From contig NC_091286.1 in the NCBI RefSeq assembly GCF_032444005.1, positions 68,200,001-68,264,000 on the forward strand: a stretch of 64,000 bases of DNA. Reading direction: 5' to 3'. The notes under the pieces were generated by a model that was given only the letters and a program-made list of their open reading frames with translations, ran no database searches and had not been told where the DNA came from. The stretch's first letter is position 1, and every line of letters begins with the position of its first letter. Source of the stretch: Ranitomeya imitator (Eukaryota). Position numbers and translations under genes: made by a program. Positions 23,846 to 36,089 of this stretch are shown piece by piece.

Positions 23846-25295
23846 TTAGAGTCTGCTGGCTACAGTGACCAGTTCAGAAGTTAGCGACATTTAGGTGGTA
23901 AAAATCCTTTTTTTCATTTTATGCCATTTTGCATTAATTCCTGAAAATCACCTTAAAAGTTAATACAGCAGATTTCAATATGTTGAGGGGTGGAGTCTAA
24001 AATGGTATCACTGAGGTTTTCCAATCTATACGACCCCCAAAGTCATTTCAAACCTGGATAGTTCCCTTAACAAAAATTTTTTAAGTAAATTTGTTTGAAA
24101 AAATTACTGCTACATTTTTAACCCCTTTACCCCCAAGGGTGGTTTGCACGTTAATGACCAGGCCAATTTTTACAATTCTGACCACTGACCCTTTATTAGG
24201 TTATAACTCTGGAACGCTTCAACGGATCCCGGTGATTCTGACATTGTTTTCTCAAGACATTGTATTTCATGTTAGTGGTAAAATTTATTTGATATTACCT
24301 GCATTTATTTGTGAAAAAAAACGGAAGTTTGACGAAAATTGACAATTTCGCAATTTTCCAACTTTGAATTTTTATGCAATTAAATCACAGAGATATGTCA
24401 CACAAAATACTTAATAAGTAACATTTCCCACATGTCTACTTTACATCAGCACAATTTTGGAACCAAAATTTTTTTTTGATAGGGAGTTAAGGGTTAAACG
24501 TTGACCAGCAATTTCTCATTTTTACAACACCATTTTTCTTTTTTGAGGGGTCTGTGTGATAGAAAATACCCAAGTTTGACACCACTCTAGAAACTGCACC
24601 CCTCAAGGTGCTCAAAACCACATTCCAGAAGTTGATTAACTTTTCAGGTATTTCACAGGAATTTTTGGAATGTTTTTTTTTTTTTTTAAATGAACATTTA
24701 ACTTTTTTTCACAAAAAAATTACTTTAGCTCCAATCTGTTTTATTTTACCAAGGGTAACAGGAGAAATTGGACCCCAAAAGTTGTTGTACAGTTTGTTCT
24801 GAGTATGCAGATACCCCATATGTGGGGGTAAACCACTGTTTCGTGCATGGCAGAGCTCAGAAGGGAAGGAGCGCCATTTTACTTTTCAATGCAAAATTGA
24901 CTGGAATTGAGATGGGACGCCATGTCACGTTGGGAGAGCCCCTGATGTACCTTAACATTGAAACCCCCCACAAATGACACCATTTAGGAAAGTAGACCCC
25001 CTAAGGAACTTATTTAGATGTGTGGTGAGCATTTTGAATCCCCAAGTGTTTCACTACAGTTTATAATGCAGAGCCGTGAAAATAAAAAAATAAAAATTAC
25101 TTCCACAATAATTATTTTTTTGCCCCCAGTTTTGTATTTTCCCGAGGGTAACAGGAGAAATTGGACCCCAAAAGTTGTAGTCCAATTTGTCCTGAGTACG
25201 CCGATATCCCATATGTGGGGGGGTGGGGAGGAACCACTGTTTGGGCGCATGGCAGAGCTCGGAAGGGAAGGAGCGCCGTTTGGAATGCAGACTTA

Positions 25296-25489
25296 GGCTG
25301 CCATCACACTTGCAGTATTTGGTCAGTATTTTACATCAGTATTTGTAAGCCAAAACCAGGAGTGGGTGATAAATGCAGAAGTGGTGCATATGTTTCTGTT
25401 ATACTTTTCCTCTAATTGTTCCACTCCGGTTTTTGCTTACAAATACTAATGTAAAATACTGACCAAATACTGCTAGCGTGACGGCAGCC
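25296..25489. mobile_element. Small Harbinger-type MITE
   Basis: TTA TSD (25293-25295, 25490-25492); TIR GGCTGCCATCACAC/GCGTGACGGCAGCC. Confidence 0.88.
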
Positions 25490-25535
25490 TTAGATGGAAT
25501 GGTCTGCAGGCATCACATTGCGTTTGCAGAGCCCC

Positions 25536-25740
25536 TTATTATTATTATTATTATAATTTTTATTTATATAGCGCCAACATATTCCGCAGCGCTTTACAAA
25601 TTATAGAGGGGACTTGTACAGACAATAGACATTACAGCATAACAGAAATACAGTTCAAAACAGATACCAGGAGGAATGAGGGCCCTGCTCGCAAGCTTAC
25701 AAACTATGAGGAAAAGGGGAGACACGAGAGGTGGATGGTA
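25536..25740 (-). mobile_element. L2 3'-end fragment (~200 bp)
   Basis: Reverse complement nearly identical to 43072-43267, including the 3' hairpin and tail. Confidence 0.9.
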
Positions 25741-27172
25741 CCTAAACAATAGAAATCCCCCACAAGTGACCCCATATTGGAAACTAGACACCCCCAAGGA
25801 ACTTATCTAGATGTGTTGTGAGAACTTTGAACCCCCCAAGTGTTTCACTACAGTTTATAACGCAGAGCCGTGAAAATAAAAAATTACCACAAAAATGATT
25901 TTTTAGCCCCCCCAAAATTTTTTCACTAACGGGAAAATGGAAATAAATACATTTTTATTATATTTCCATAACTAAGGGGGTGATGAAGGGGGGTTTGATT
26001 TACTTTTACAGCGGGTCTTTTACTTGATTTTTTATGATTGGCAGCCGTCGCACACTAAAAGCCACTTTTTATTGCAAAAAAATATATAGTTTTTGCGTCT
26101 CCACATTTTGAGAGCTATAATTTTTTAATATTTTGGTCTACAGTCATGTGAGGTCTTGTTTTTTGCGGGACGAGTTGACGTTTTTATTGGTACCATTTTC
26201 AGGCATGTGACTTTTTTTATCACTTTTTATTCCGATTTTTTTATACCGTTTATACCGTTCCACGTTTGATAAAATTGATTAAGCAGTTTTATTCTTGTGG
26301 TCAGTACGATTACAGCGATACCTTATTTACATCTTTTTTTAGGTTTTGGCGCTTTTATACGATAAAAACTATTTTATATAAAAAAAATTATTTTTGCATC
26401 GCTTTATGCTGAGGACTATAACTTTTTTTTGCTGATGATGCTGTATGGCGGCTCGTTTTTTGCGGGACAAGATGATGTTTTCAGTGGTACCATGTTTATT
26501 TATTTTTGATCGCGCGTTATTCCACTTTTTGTTTGGCGGTATGATAAAGCGTTTTTTGCCTTTTGTTTTTTTACAGTGATCATTGAAGGGGTTAACTAGT
26601 GGGACAGTTTTATAGGTCGGGTCATTACGGATGCGGCAATACTAAATATGTGCACTTTTATTGCTTTTTGTTTACATAAAGAAATGCATGTAGTGGAACA
26701 ATCTACTATATAATTGTCTAAGGTCACTTCAGTCCGCGGTGTAACGCACTCCATTAACGCAGCTATTAACCCTGTGTGACCAACTTTTTACTATTGATGA
26801 TGTATATGCAGCATCAATAGTAAAAAGATCTAATGTTACAAATAATAATAAAAAAAATTAAAAAAAAGGTTATTCTCACCCTCCGCCGTCGCGTCCTCTC
26901 CTTGGCAGTGCAAGCGGCAGGTTCCGGTTCAAAAGATGCTATGCGAGAAGGACCTTCCATGACGTCACGGTCATGTGACCGCAACGTCATCACAGGTCCT
27001 GCGCTCATCCAACCCTGGGACCGGAAGCTGCCGCGTGCACCGCACACAAGCGACAGGACTACAAGGGCTCCCTCAGTAGGTGAGTATATGTTTATTTTTT
27101 ATTTTAACTCTTTTTTTAACCTGTTACATACGTGACTGGGCAATATGCTACCTGACTGGGCAATATGCTACG

Positions 27173-29532
27173 CGTGCGACGAACCAATAGACAACCCTGG
27201 CACAATAACATCACTAAAAAGCTTCGGCAAGTATCCAGAATTGCAGAACGGCGTTGGAAGAAAACGCATTCACAAGATGATTTCACTGCACTCAAACAAG
27301 GAACACTGGCATTCAATTCAGCTCTCACCTCTGCTAAACAGACCTACTTCACAACCCTCATATCTTCCTTATCCCACAACCCCAAACAGTTGTTCAACAC
27401 TTAACTCCCTCCTCCGCCCACCACTGCCCCTCCGAGTTCCCTAATCGTTGCCGAGGACTTTGCCACGCACTTCAAAAATAAGATAGACCAAACAAGGCAA
27501 GTCTTTGTTGTCCAACCACCACAACCCCTTTGTATGCCAGACCAATGCCCAAACCCCATAACTTCACTCTCCAAAATCTCTGAAGGGGAGCTTGCTCATC
27601 TCTCCAAATCACACCTCACCACTTGTGCACTTGACCCCATCCCATCTCCTCCCCAACCTCACCACCACACTAATCCCATCCCTAACCCATCTCTCCAACC
27701 TTTCATTAACTTCTGGTACCTTCCCTTCTGCCTTCTAACATGCCACAATCACACCTATCCTCAAAAAGCCATCCCTTGACCCAAGCGCTGTGTGCAGCTA
27801 TCGCCCCATATCTTTGCTCCCATTTGCTTCCAAACTCCTTGAGCAGCATGTCCATGCTGAACTTTCCTCTCACTTTGCATCTAACTCTGTCTTCGACAAC
27901 CTACAATCTGACTTCCGTCCCCACCATTCCACTGAGACTGCCCTGACCAAACGACTTACAGCCAAAGCTAACAGACAATTCTCTATACTCCTCCTCCTAG
28001 ACCTGTCCTCTGCCTTCGACACAGTTGACCACTGCCTCCTACTACAGATCCTCTCTTCTTTTGGTGTCAAAGACGTTGCCCTATCTTGGATCTCCTCATA
28101 CCTCGCCAACCGCACATTTAGCGTTTCCTACTCCCATACTACCTCTTCATCTCGCCCCCTCTCTGTTGGAGTCCCACAAGGCTCTGTCCTAGGACCCTTA
28201 CTCTTCTCAATCTATACACTCGGCCTGGGACAACTCATAAGGTCCTATGGCTTCCAGTACCATCTATATGCCTCATTTACAGTAATGAATATGCGGCTCC
28301 ACCCCTATGGGAGGTGGAGCTGCATATTCATGAATGTAATGGGCGGCACCACGTGACCGCTCATACAGTAGAAGGTGCGGCCAGGACAGGAAGCAGCGCC
28401 AGCGAGGGAGCCGGGTGAGTATTTTACTAACAGCGGGCGGGCGGGCGCACAAAGGGTGGGAGGGGGGTGGGGTCATGGATCTTCATTTTAAACACAAGAA
28501 ACAAAAAAAAAAAAAAAGAAGGAATTATTCATATCTTCTCTACAGCAAACGCTGCTGCAGAGAAGATATGAATGGCGGATTCAGCACGTGGGGGGGGGGG
28601 GGACAGCGCTTACTGTAGCGCTGTCTCCTGCACGGCACACGGACAACGTCCATGTGCGGTACGTGTTTTACACGGACCCATTAACTTTAATGGGTCCGTG
28701 TAATCCATGCGCTTCCACGAACACCGACATGTCTCAGTGTTTTGCACATGGACACACGGTCCGTGAAAACACGCTGACATGTGCAGAGACACATTGATTT
28801 CAATGTGTCTACGTGAGTCAGTGTCTCCGGTACGTGAGGAAACTGTCACCTCACGTACCGGAGCCACTGACATGTGAAACCGGCCTAACACTCTCGCACC
28901 CCTGCAGTCCATCCTTAACTCTGCTGCCCGACTAATTAATCTCTATCCTCGCTACACTCCTGCTTCACCTCTTTTCAAATCCCTTCACTGGCTCCCAATT
29001 TCCCAGCGTATCCAGTTTAAATTACTAACACTGACCTACAAAGCCATCCATAACCTTTCTCCTCCGTATATTTCGACACTAATCTCTTAATATCTTCCCT
29101 CACATAATCTCCGGTCCTCCTAAGACCTCCTCCTTTCCTCCACGCTTACTCGCTCTTCACTCAATCACCTCCAATACTTCTCCCAAATATCCCCCATCCT
29201 CTGGAATTCTGTGCCCCAACACATCCGGTTATCCACTTCTTTTGGATCCTTCAAAAGAAAGCTGAAAACCCACATCTACAAAGAAGCTTACAGCCTGTAA
29301 AGACCACATGGCCACCTCAACACCATTGGAGCTACTGCAACCCCCGACCTACTGTCTCTTTCCCCATAATCCTGTAGAATGTAAGCCCGCAAGGGCAGGG
29401 TCCATTTTTCCTCTGTACCAGTCTGTCATTGTTAGTTTTGTTTACTGTAAGTGATATTTGTATTTTGATGTAACCCCTTCTCATGTACAGCACGATGGAA
29501 TTAATGGTGCTATATAAAGAAATAATAATCAT
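27173..29532 (+). mobile_element. 5'-truncated L2-clade LINE with RT domain, internally deleted
   Basis: YRPISLLP, QSDFRPHHSTETAL, LLDLSSAFDTVDH, GVPQGSVLGPLLF and YHLYA. 3' hairpin and tail present. Probable TSD AATAT(G/A)CTACG. Confidence 0.92.
28273..28885 (-). mobile_element. Partial Harbinger-type MITE inside the L2
   Basis: Ends GTGAAACCGGCC-TAA; homologous in reverse to 21019-21560; the other end is missing. Confidence 0.8.
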
Positions 29533-30612
29533 AATATACTACGTGACTGGGCAATATAGGAAGGGGGCATCATGTTACAGTGTCAGATTGCTGATCTGAC
29601 ACTTTGCACAGCACTGTGTCAGATCAGCGATCTGACAGGCAGTGCTGCAGGCTTGTGAGAGCCTGCTCTGAGCAGGCGCTTGCAAGCCACCTCCCTGCAG
29701 GACCCGGAAGGAGCCCCACGGCCATTTTGGATTCGGGGCCTGCAGGGAGTAGGAGGTTGGAGACCCTCGGAGCAATCACATCACGCTGCTCCGAGGGTTT
29801 CAGGGAAGCACGCAGGGAGCCCCCTCCCTGCGCAATGCTTGCCTATGCCGCCGGAACACTGCGATCATGTTTGATCGCATTGTTCCAGGGGTTAATGTGC
29901 CTGGAGCGGTCCGTGACCGCTCCTGGCACATAGTGCCGGATGTCAGCTGTAATAATCAGATGACACCCGGCGGCGATCGGCCCCCCGTGAGTGCGGCTGA
30001 TCGCGCTGGACGTACTATTCCATCCATGGGAAGTAGGGCCCACCCCACATTGACGGAATAGTATGTCTAATGGCAGAAAGGGGTTAAACCTCCTAAAAAG
30101 GATAATAAAATATAACAACATTTTACAAGTGGTGCTGATGTAAAGCTGACATGAGGGAAAAATTATTTATTAGTGTTTTTCTGTGGTATGACTATCTGGA
30201 TTAAAGGGATAATCATTCAAAGTTTGAAGATCGCAAAAAAATATATATTTTTTTACATTTGTCAAATTTCTGGGTTTTTTTGTTTTTTTTTTCAGTGGTG
30301 AGATTTCAAAAGTTTGGCCCTGTCACTAAGTAGGTTAAGCGCACTACAAAGCTCACTGTTAAACCACCATTTCAACCTACAGAAGAAAATGATCCACTGC
30401 TTGGTATAATTGGTTACTCATACACCTGACTATAATCCTACAAAATACCCAACTGTCTGCTATTATTTCTGCCATCACCTCAAATGCATCAGTATTCATC
30501 TCATACTGAGCTTATGTCATTGCCACCTTGTGGACAGTATCAAACTACAACTGCAAATGTTTTTCTAGAGAACTATTTCATGAAGGTGATAAATGTATTA
30601 ACTTATTACCAG

Positions 30613-30905
30613 TAGTGATGAGCGAACGTGCATGGACATCCTGCTATCAGAGCATTCTCATGTGCTAACCGACTGTCTTCTACGTGCTCGAAAAATATGT
30701 TCCGACTCCCTGCGACTGCATGTCTCGCGGGGGCTCAACAGCCACAATGCATGCAGGGATTCCATGTTTGTTAGGCAATCCCTGCATGTGTTGCGGCTGT
30801 CTAACATGTAGCTGCAGGAATTTGGAACATTTTTCAAGCACGCCGAAGACAGTCGGTTAGCACACGACTATACTCTGATAATGATGAGCAAACGTGCTCG
30901 GATAA
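30613..30905. mobile_element. hAT-type MITE remnant (TAGTGATGAGCG end)
   Basis: Terminus TAGTGATGAGCGAACGTGC; internal inverted symmetry. Confidence 0.6.
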
Positions 30906-32210
30906 GTTACCAGTTATTAAATGTAGATTTGGGTCTCAGAAATGTGTCAAAATAAAAATGATGAGATCAGGAGACCCATTGCTAGCCTGTGATCTGAACA
31001 CGGAACATGAAACAAATGATTTTAGAGAAATTTTAAGGCGTTTTGTCCCATTTCATTAAAAACTTGTTTTGATATGTTCAGTTGATTGTAAAAAAGATAG
31101 ACAAAAAACTAAAGAAAAACACAACAAACGAATGCATGATGATTGGAAGAAAAGATGTCGACATCACTGCACACTGGGAGTGTAAGCAAGTTGGGGGTGG
31201 AGTGGAAAAAAAAAACTATACATGAAGGAACTTTTTGGAAAAGGGACAGCCCATTTGAAAAAAATATATATTTGTGTCGCACTCACATCACAGGTCATTA
31301 GGTTAATGCGAAGCACAGAAGAAGGATGACGTCACTACCCATAGAAAGGCGGACAAGGTTTGGATAATAGCGCATTTGCAGGAATGGGATTATGGCGCCA
31401 CAACTGCACGTCACAGGGCAGTGTACAGGGACTTGGTCCTCCATGGTGTGGCCAATCATTTAAATACACCTTCCCACCTCATTTATTTTCCCCTCCATCT
31501 CCATCCATCTTTTCCTTGATTGACATCTCTTAGCTTTATAGAGCCAGAGAAGGGTGGAGCTAGAGGGAAAACTAGCAAGTTACCATCTTTTCAATTAGCA
31601 ATTAAAATGTATTTTAAAGGGCAGAAAGAGGAGAAAGAAGCATATTTCTGTTTAATGTATTAAAGTTTCTTCTATTTAACTGTACTCATTATTTATGCAA
31701 TGATTAAACAAGGTATGACCTATTCATTCAATAGATGGGTATTCTCCTCTAGCCACCAGATTTTATCTATTAGTTGAATGGAGTGGCAGGGTGCATTCGT
31801 GACCATTCTAGGGCATGAATGGTTACCTTCAGATTTAACTTGAATGGAGTGTCACGGGCACAAGCATGTCCAACGGCACAATTCAGCTGCTGCTGGCGTA
31901 GTTTTGGGCTATGTGCCCATGTTGCAGAATCCAAGCAGATTTTTCCTCAGCAAAACCGGACTCCCTTGCCAGGAAATCCGATTGCGTTTTTTTCCTCCTT
32001 TTTTTGTTTTTGCGTTTTTATAGCGTATTTGTCGCGTTTTTCCATGCGTCCCAATACAATTCTATAGCAGCGAAATTGCCGCGATTCCGCAAAAATTAAT
32101 GAACAAGCTGCGTTATTTTCCACGATGCGTTTTCGCTGCGGAAAAAAACGCAGCATGGGCACAACAAATGCAGAATGCTATTAAAAATAATGGGATGTAA
32201 GTGTTTAGGC

Positions 32211-33492
32211 CAGGGTGGATTTGATTTAAATCTAACTGATTTAAATCACGATTTAAATCACGATTTAAATCACTAGTCAGTAAGGCTTGATTTAAATCAG
32301 TGATTTAAATCAAAGTTTCTACCTAAACTAGTTCTTGCTACTTTAACATGCAAGTAGATGAAGATTTTTAGAATCACTTTTTATATTACTTTTTTCTCCC
32401 CAGTTTAATGGGTTAATCATTCATATTTGGACACCACTGTTCTGTTGTACTTAGGAAGGAGAAAAATAATCCTGACCTTAATAACAATTTAAATAGATTT
32501 ATTCAACTGAAACAATAACAACATTACAGCATAAGTTATTTGCTTAAACAAACATCCATGTTTGTTAACTAATTTGGCTAAACAAAATATATATATATTT
32601 TAAGAAACTTAGACTGTCAGCCCAGCCGACACATGAAAAACTTAAATACTACTGTCCCTGCTGTCCTCTTTAGCTCACTTGTCGTCATCTTCATCACCGC
32701 ACTTCTCATGATGTTGGTTGCGTCATTCACGCCACCAGGCCTTGCATCTCTTTGTTGCATCGTTTGCATTTTGCACGCATGCCTGCCTTACCAATAGGCG
32801 AAGGAGCTTCATTAAAATATTCCCAAAATGGGTCTCTTTTACGGCCTGCTGCCATTATAAGGAAAGAATGTAATAAACCTCAGATCGTACACACAAACAG
32901 ACTTGACTGTCTGTGGCTATGCTGCAGTATTGTGCTCAAAGTTTCACTTTCATTTTCTTATCTGCTTGCCCTTCCTCCTCCTCACACTTAGATTCACATT
33001 CTTCTTGTGTTGTGCAGATCTATTCCACTCCAAACAATCAGAAACATTGTCTAACTTCTTGGACTTGGCACTGAAGGGGTTGATTCTGTATTCATAGGTT
33101 TGTAGAACAATAGGATTAAGGTCTTTTTCTCAACTCTGTTCATGTTGTAACATTTTTGCCATGAAGAAGAGGCTGGGACCTCTGCGGAGTCAAATTCAGT
33201 GCGTAAGTAAAGCGAGCGTCTGTGATAATAGGAGAGAAACTGCCCACTAATCCTACAGAAACCTCTGGAAGAGCATGGCATTGTGAATGTTACACATATA
33301 CAGCCTTTATTCTACTGAGTTAAACAACTCAGCTTTATCTCATGATGGAAGAACCTTTGGATGGTAAAATATTTTCCTCAAAAAGCAGTTTATTGAAAAA
33401 AATCCGATTTAAATCAAAAATCCGATTTAAATAAAAAAAATCCGATTTTTTTTGATTTTTTTAAAAAAAAACATTGATTTTTATCCACCCTG
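32211..33492 (-). mobile_element. hAT deletion derivative
   Basis: TIR CAGGGTGGAT/ATCCACCCTG; 8-bp TSD GTTTAGGC/GTTTAAGT (6/8 match); subterminal GATTTAAATC repeats. Confidence 0.85.
32680..32855 (-). pseudogene. BED zinc-finger remnant of a hAT transposase
   Basis: MAAGRKRDPFWEYF...RAKCKRCNKEMQGLVA*, then in a shifted frame HHEKC. Confidence 0.8.
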
Positions 33493-33561
33493 GTTTAAGT
33501 GTTTCCACGGCGGAAAAACGTGGCAGAAACGCTTGAACGCAACGTGGGCACATAGCCTTAA

Positions 33562-33770
33562 AGTGAACCTGTCACCAGCAAAAACAATGAATCCGCACCG
33601 GAAACCGACAAGCCAAATGCTGCCGGGGAGAATAAAGTTCATTTTCTCCCCACAGCGTTCAGCTACGTGCAACCTCCAGGCAGGTTAGTAATGCTATAAA
33701 CTTGCAGATTAACCAAATATCTGCAGGTTAATAGTGTTTTTTTTTTTTTTTTGCTAGCGACATGTTCCTT
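33562..33770. mobile_element. Small T2-type MITE
   Basis: TTAA on both sides; AGTGAACCTGTCACC...GCGACATGTTCCTT. Confidence 0.65.
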
Positions 33771-33774
33771 TTAA

Positions 33775-34786
33775 AAAGAATAAGACCAGCATATCCAAGC
33801 TAGTGTGAACAGGTACCAACCAAGTTTTGATGTGATGGCCTTTTTCTCTATTTGTATGAAACCCTTTTCGGATATCTGCACTCCCACTCCCATCAACCAC
33901 AGGTGATTATAAGTAGTTAGCTGGTCCATGCCTGCCCCATAAGATGTAGGGGCTTTTTTTGCCCAAGAGAGGGGATATATCAGGACAGGGACCCAACTTT
34001 TGAAGGTCGCATTGACATGGCTGTTGGGCTCACACATATTGGCCAATGTAACATAAAAAAAAAAGGTTGCACTCTATCGTGCCAAAACACGTTTAATATG
34101 AAATACATGAAATCTGAATAGCAAAATTGCTTTTTGAACATTAGGAAAAAAAATTTTTTGAGACGCTTAGCACAGAATTTGGCCAAATAGTGTGAGCCCA
34201 TCAACCATCGTCAAGGTGGTCTCATTAGCAACTGAGGGGTACCTGACCTCCCTGTCCAAATGTGAACGCTTACCGAAGGCTAATGTCTGTATGCTTGGGT
34301 GAATATGCACACATCTCTCAGCAAAGCCTACATATGGGTTGGCCGGAACCAAGTGTGAATAGATGTAATTAAAAACCAGATGGTGAAGGGAGCTTCCTGA
34401 CTGAGCACTCCTCCCTTCACCATCTGGTTTTTAATTACATCTAATCACACTTGGTTCCGGCCAACCCATATGTAGGCTTTGCTGAGACATTAGCCTTCAG
34501 TAAGTGTTCACAGTTGGACAGGGAGGTCAGGTACCCATCAGTTTTAATGAGACTACCTTGACGATGGTTGATAGGCTCACACTATTTGGCCAAATTCTAT
34601 GCCAAGCGTGTTAATGTTAATGTGGTAATGTTCAAAAAGCAATTTTGCTATTCATATTTCATGTATTTCATATTTGACGTGTTTTGGCACGATAGAGTGC
34701 AACCTTTTTTTGTATATTATATATGGAGGTAGCTTCTCCTGGTATGCACCTATTCACACTAGTTTGGATGTGCCAGTCTTTTTTCT
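33775..34786. repeat. ~1-kb imperfect foldback (inverted repeat), unclassified
   Basis: Arms symmetric about an ~18-nt loop at 34393-34410; about 350 bp of high-identity inner arm plus matching outer blocks. Confidence 0.85.
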
Positions 34787-34974
34787 GTCATTTCTATATT
34801 GGCCAATCTATGCGCTAAGTACCTTCTTTTAAACATTTTTCAAAGCAAATTTGCAGATGAATATTTCATATATACAGCACTTTATTTTCCTTTTTCCTCT
34901 ATTTCCTATACTAGTAAAGCAGTTTTTCAATGTTCTAAAATAATTATTCCACCGCAGAGAAATGCAAAAATCTC

Positions 34975-35397
34975 CACACCTGACTAAAGGTGTGGAGGGC
35001 AAACTCTGCTGCCCAAAGCTTCCAGCTTAACTGAATAGATCCATACTGAAAAGCTGGACAAATGAACAAAAACAAAGAAAGTGCTGAACAACAAAGTCCA
35101 CAACAAGAGTACCGCAAAAGGACAAGCAAGGACTTAGCTTTGATGAACTAGTCAGAGTGTCAGGAAAGTCCTAAGAGCAATGACTCCAGGCAGGAACAAT
35201 TGACAACTGGCATTGAATGAGGGATAAGGCCAGACTAATATAGCCGAGCCAGAAAGACGATCAGTAAAAACAGCTGCTGAAGCTAAATCCAAGAAGCAGC
35301 CATACCACTCAAAACCACAGGAGTGAGCCAAAGAGCAGAACTCACAAAAATGCTACTTACAACCACCGGAGGGAGCTTAAGAGCGGAATTCACAACA
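34975..35397 (-). mobile_element. Truncated Gypsy-type LTR
   Basis: Ends GAATTCACAACA, the reverse complement of the TGTTGTGAATTC start shared with 43690 and 46906. Confidence 0.7.
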
Positions 35398-35522
35398 CAG
35401 GTCCAGCAAACTGATACACACCATCTGTTGTAGCTACTTCACTTAAGCGGTGCTTGTGAGATGGCTCTCTGGTATTAAAAAAATATTTAACTAAGGTGAT
35501 AATGTAATTACTTATTACCAGT

Positions 35523-36079
35523 AGTGATGAGCCAACATACTTAGATGTCATTATATCTGAGCATTCTCATGTGCTAACCGAATCCCGAACTAAATGAACT
35601 GTCGCTTCTAAGTCTTACTTTATGTCTCAATACATTAAACCCTACGGAAGTTATAACATGTTTTCTAAAGAAAGCAGCGTAAAAAAAAGTTAAAAAAAAG
35701 TCAGCAATGACTGCAGATCAACATGAAGTTGGGAAGGTGCTGAAGTTACCTCCACATTATGATGACTATAGTAAGTAAGTGTCATTTCATACAAAATAAA
35801 GATGTAAATTATTTTCTTTTTATATGCAACACAGCATTAAAGGGAACCTGTCACCAGATTCTTGCTGCCAAATTCACAGTCATGAATCAGAGCTCAGGAG
35901 CACAATTGCAGTCAGGAATTCCCTACTAAACAGGCAATCTCTGCATGTGCTGCGGCTGTCGAACAGCAGCGAAACATGCAGTAGCGGGAAATCAAACATT
36001 TTTCGAGCACGCATAAGTCACTGTAAGCACCTGAGCATGCTCGGATAACACCTTATCTGAGCACGCTCGCTCATCACCA
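35523..36079. mobile_element. Rearranged hAT-type MITE containing a T2-MITE left end at 35841
   Basis: TAGTGATGAGCC...GCTCGCTCATCACCA; TTAA-AGGGAACCTGTCACC at 35837. Confidence 0.55.
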
Positions 36080-36089
36080 TTTATAACCC

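Larger units (their letters stand above)
26702..29557 (+). mobile_element. Helitron-like non-autonomous element, 3'-truncated, interrupted by L2
   Basis: A|TCTACTATATAATTGTCTAAG start as at 41760, and 20-bp GACTGGGCAATATACTACGT repeats. No 3' hairpin or CTAG seen. Confidence 0.7.
24122..30083 (-). mobile_element. 5.96-kb piggyBac-like element (with nested insertions) inserted at a TTAA of the previous element
   Basis: TTAA TSD (24118-24121, 30084-30087); ends CCCCTTTACC.../...GCAGAAAGGGG. The empty site TACATTTTTAAACCTCC is visible at ~14863-14880. Confidence 0.85.
23846..30334 (+). mobile_element. Copy of the 960-bp piggyBac-like family (left part missing), split by a 6-kb insertion
   Basis: 23846-24117 matches 14563-14870 and 30088-30334 matches 14875-15217; ends CACTAAGTAGG-TTAA. 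Confidence 0.75.
31907..33557. mobile_element. Harbinger-type MITE split by a hAT insertion
   Basis: GGCTATGTGCCCATGTTGC...GCAACGTGGGCACATAGCC-TTA; the left flank is TTG. Confidence 0.7.

Noticed and set aside
31327-31415. CRE-like TGACGTCA and GCACGTCA sites in unique DNA
   Set aside because: Short motifs expected by chance; no independent evidence for a promoter or enhancer.
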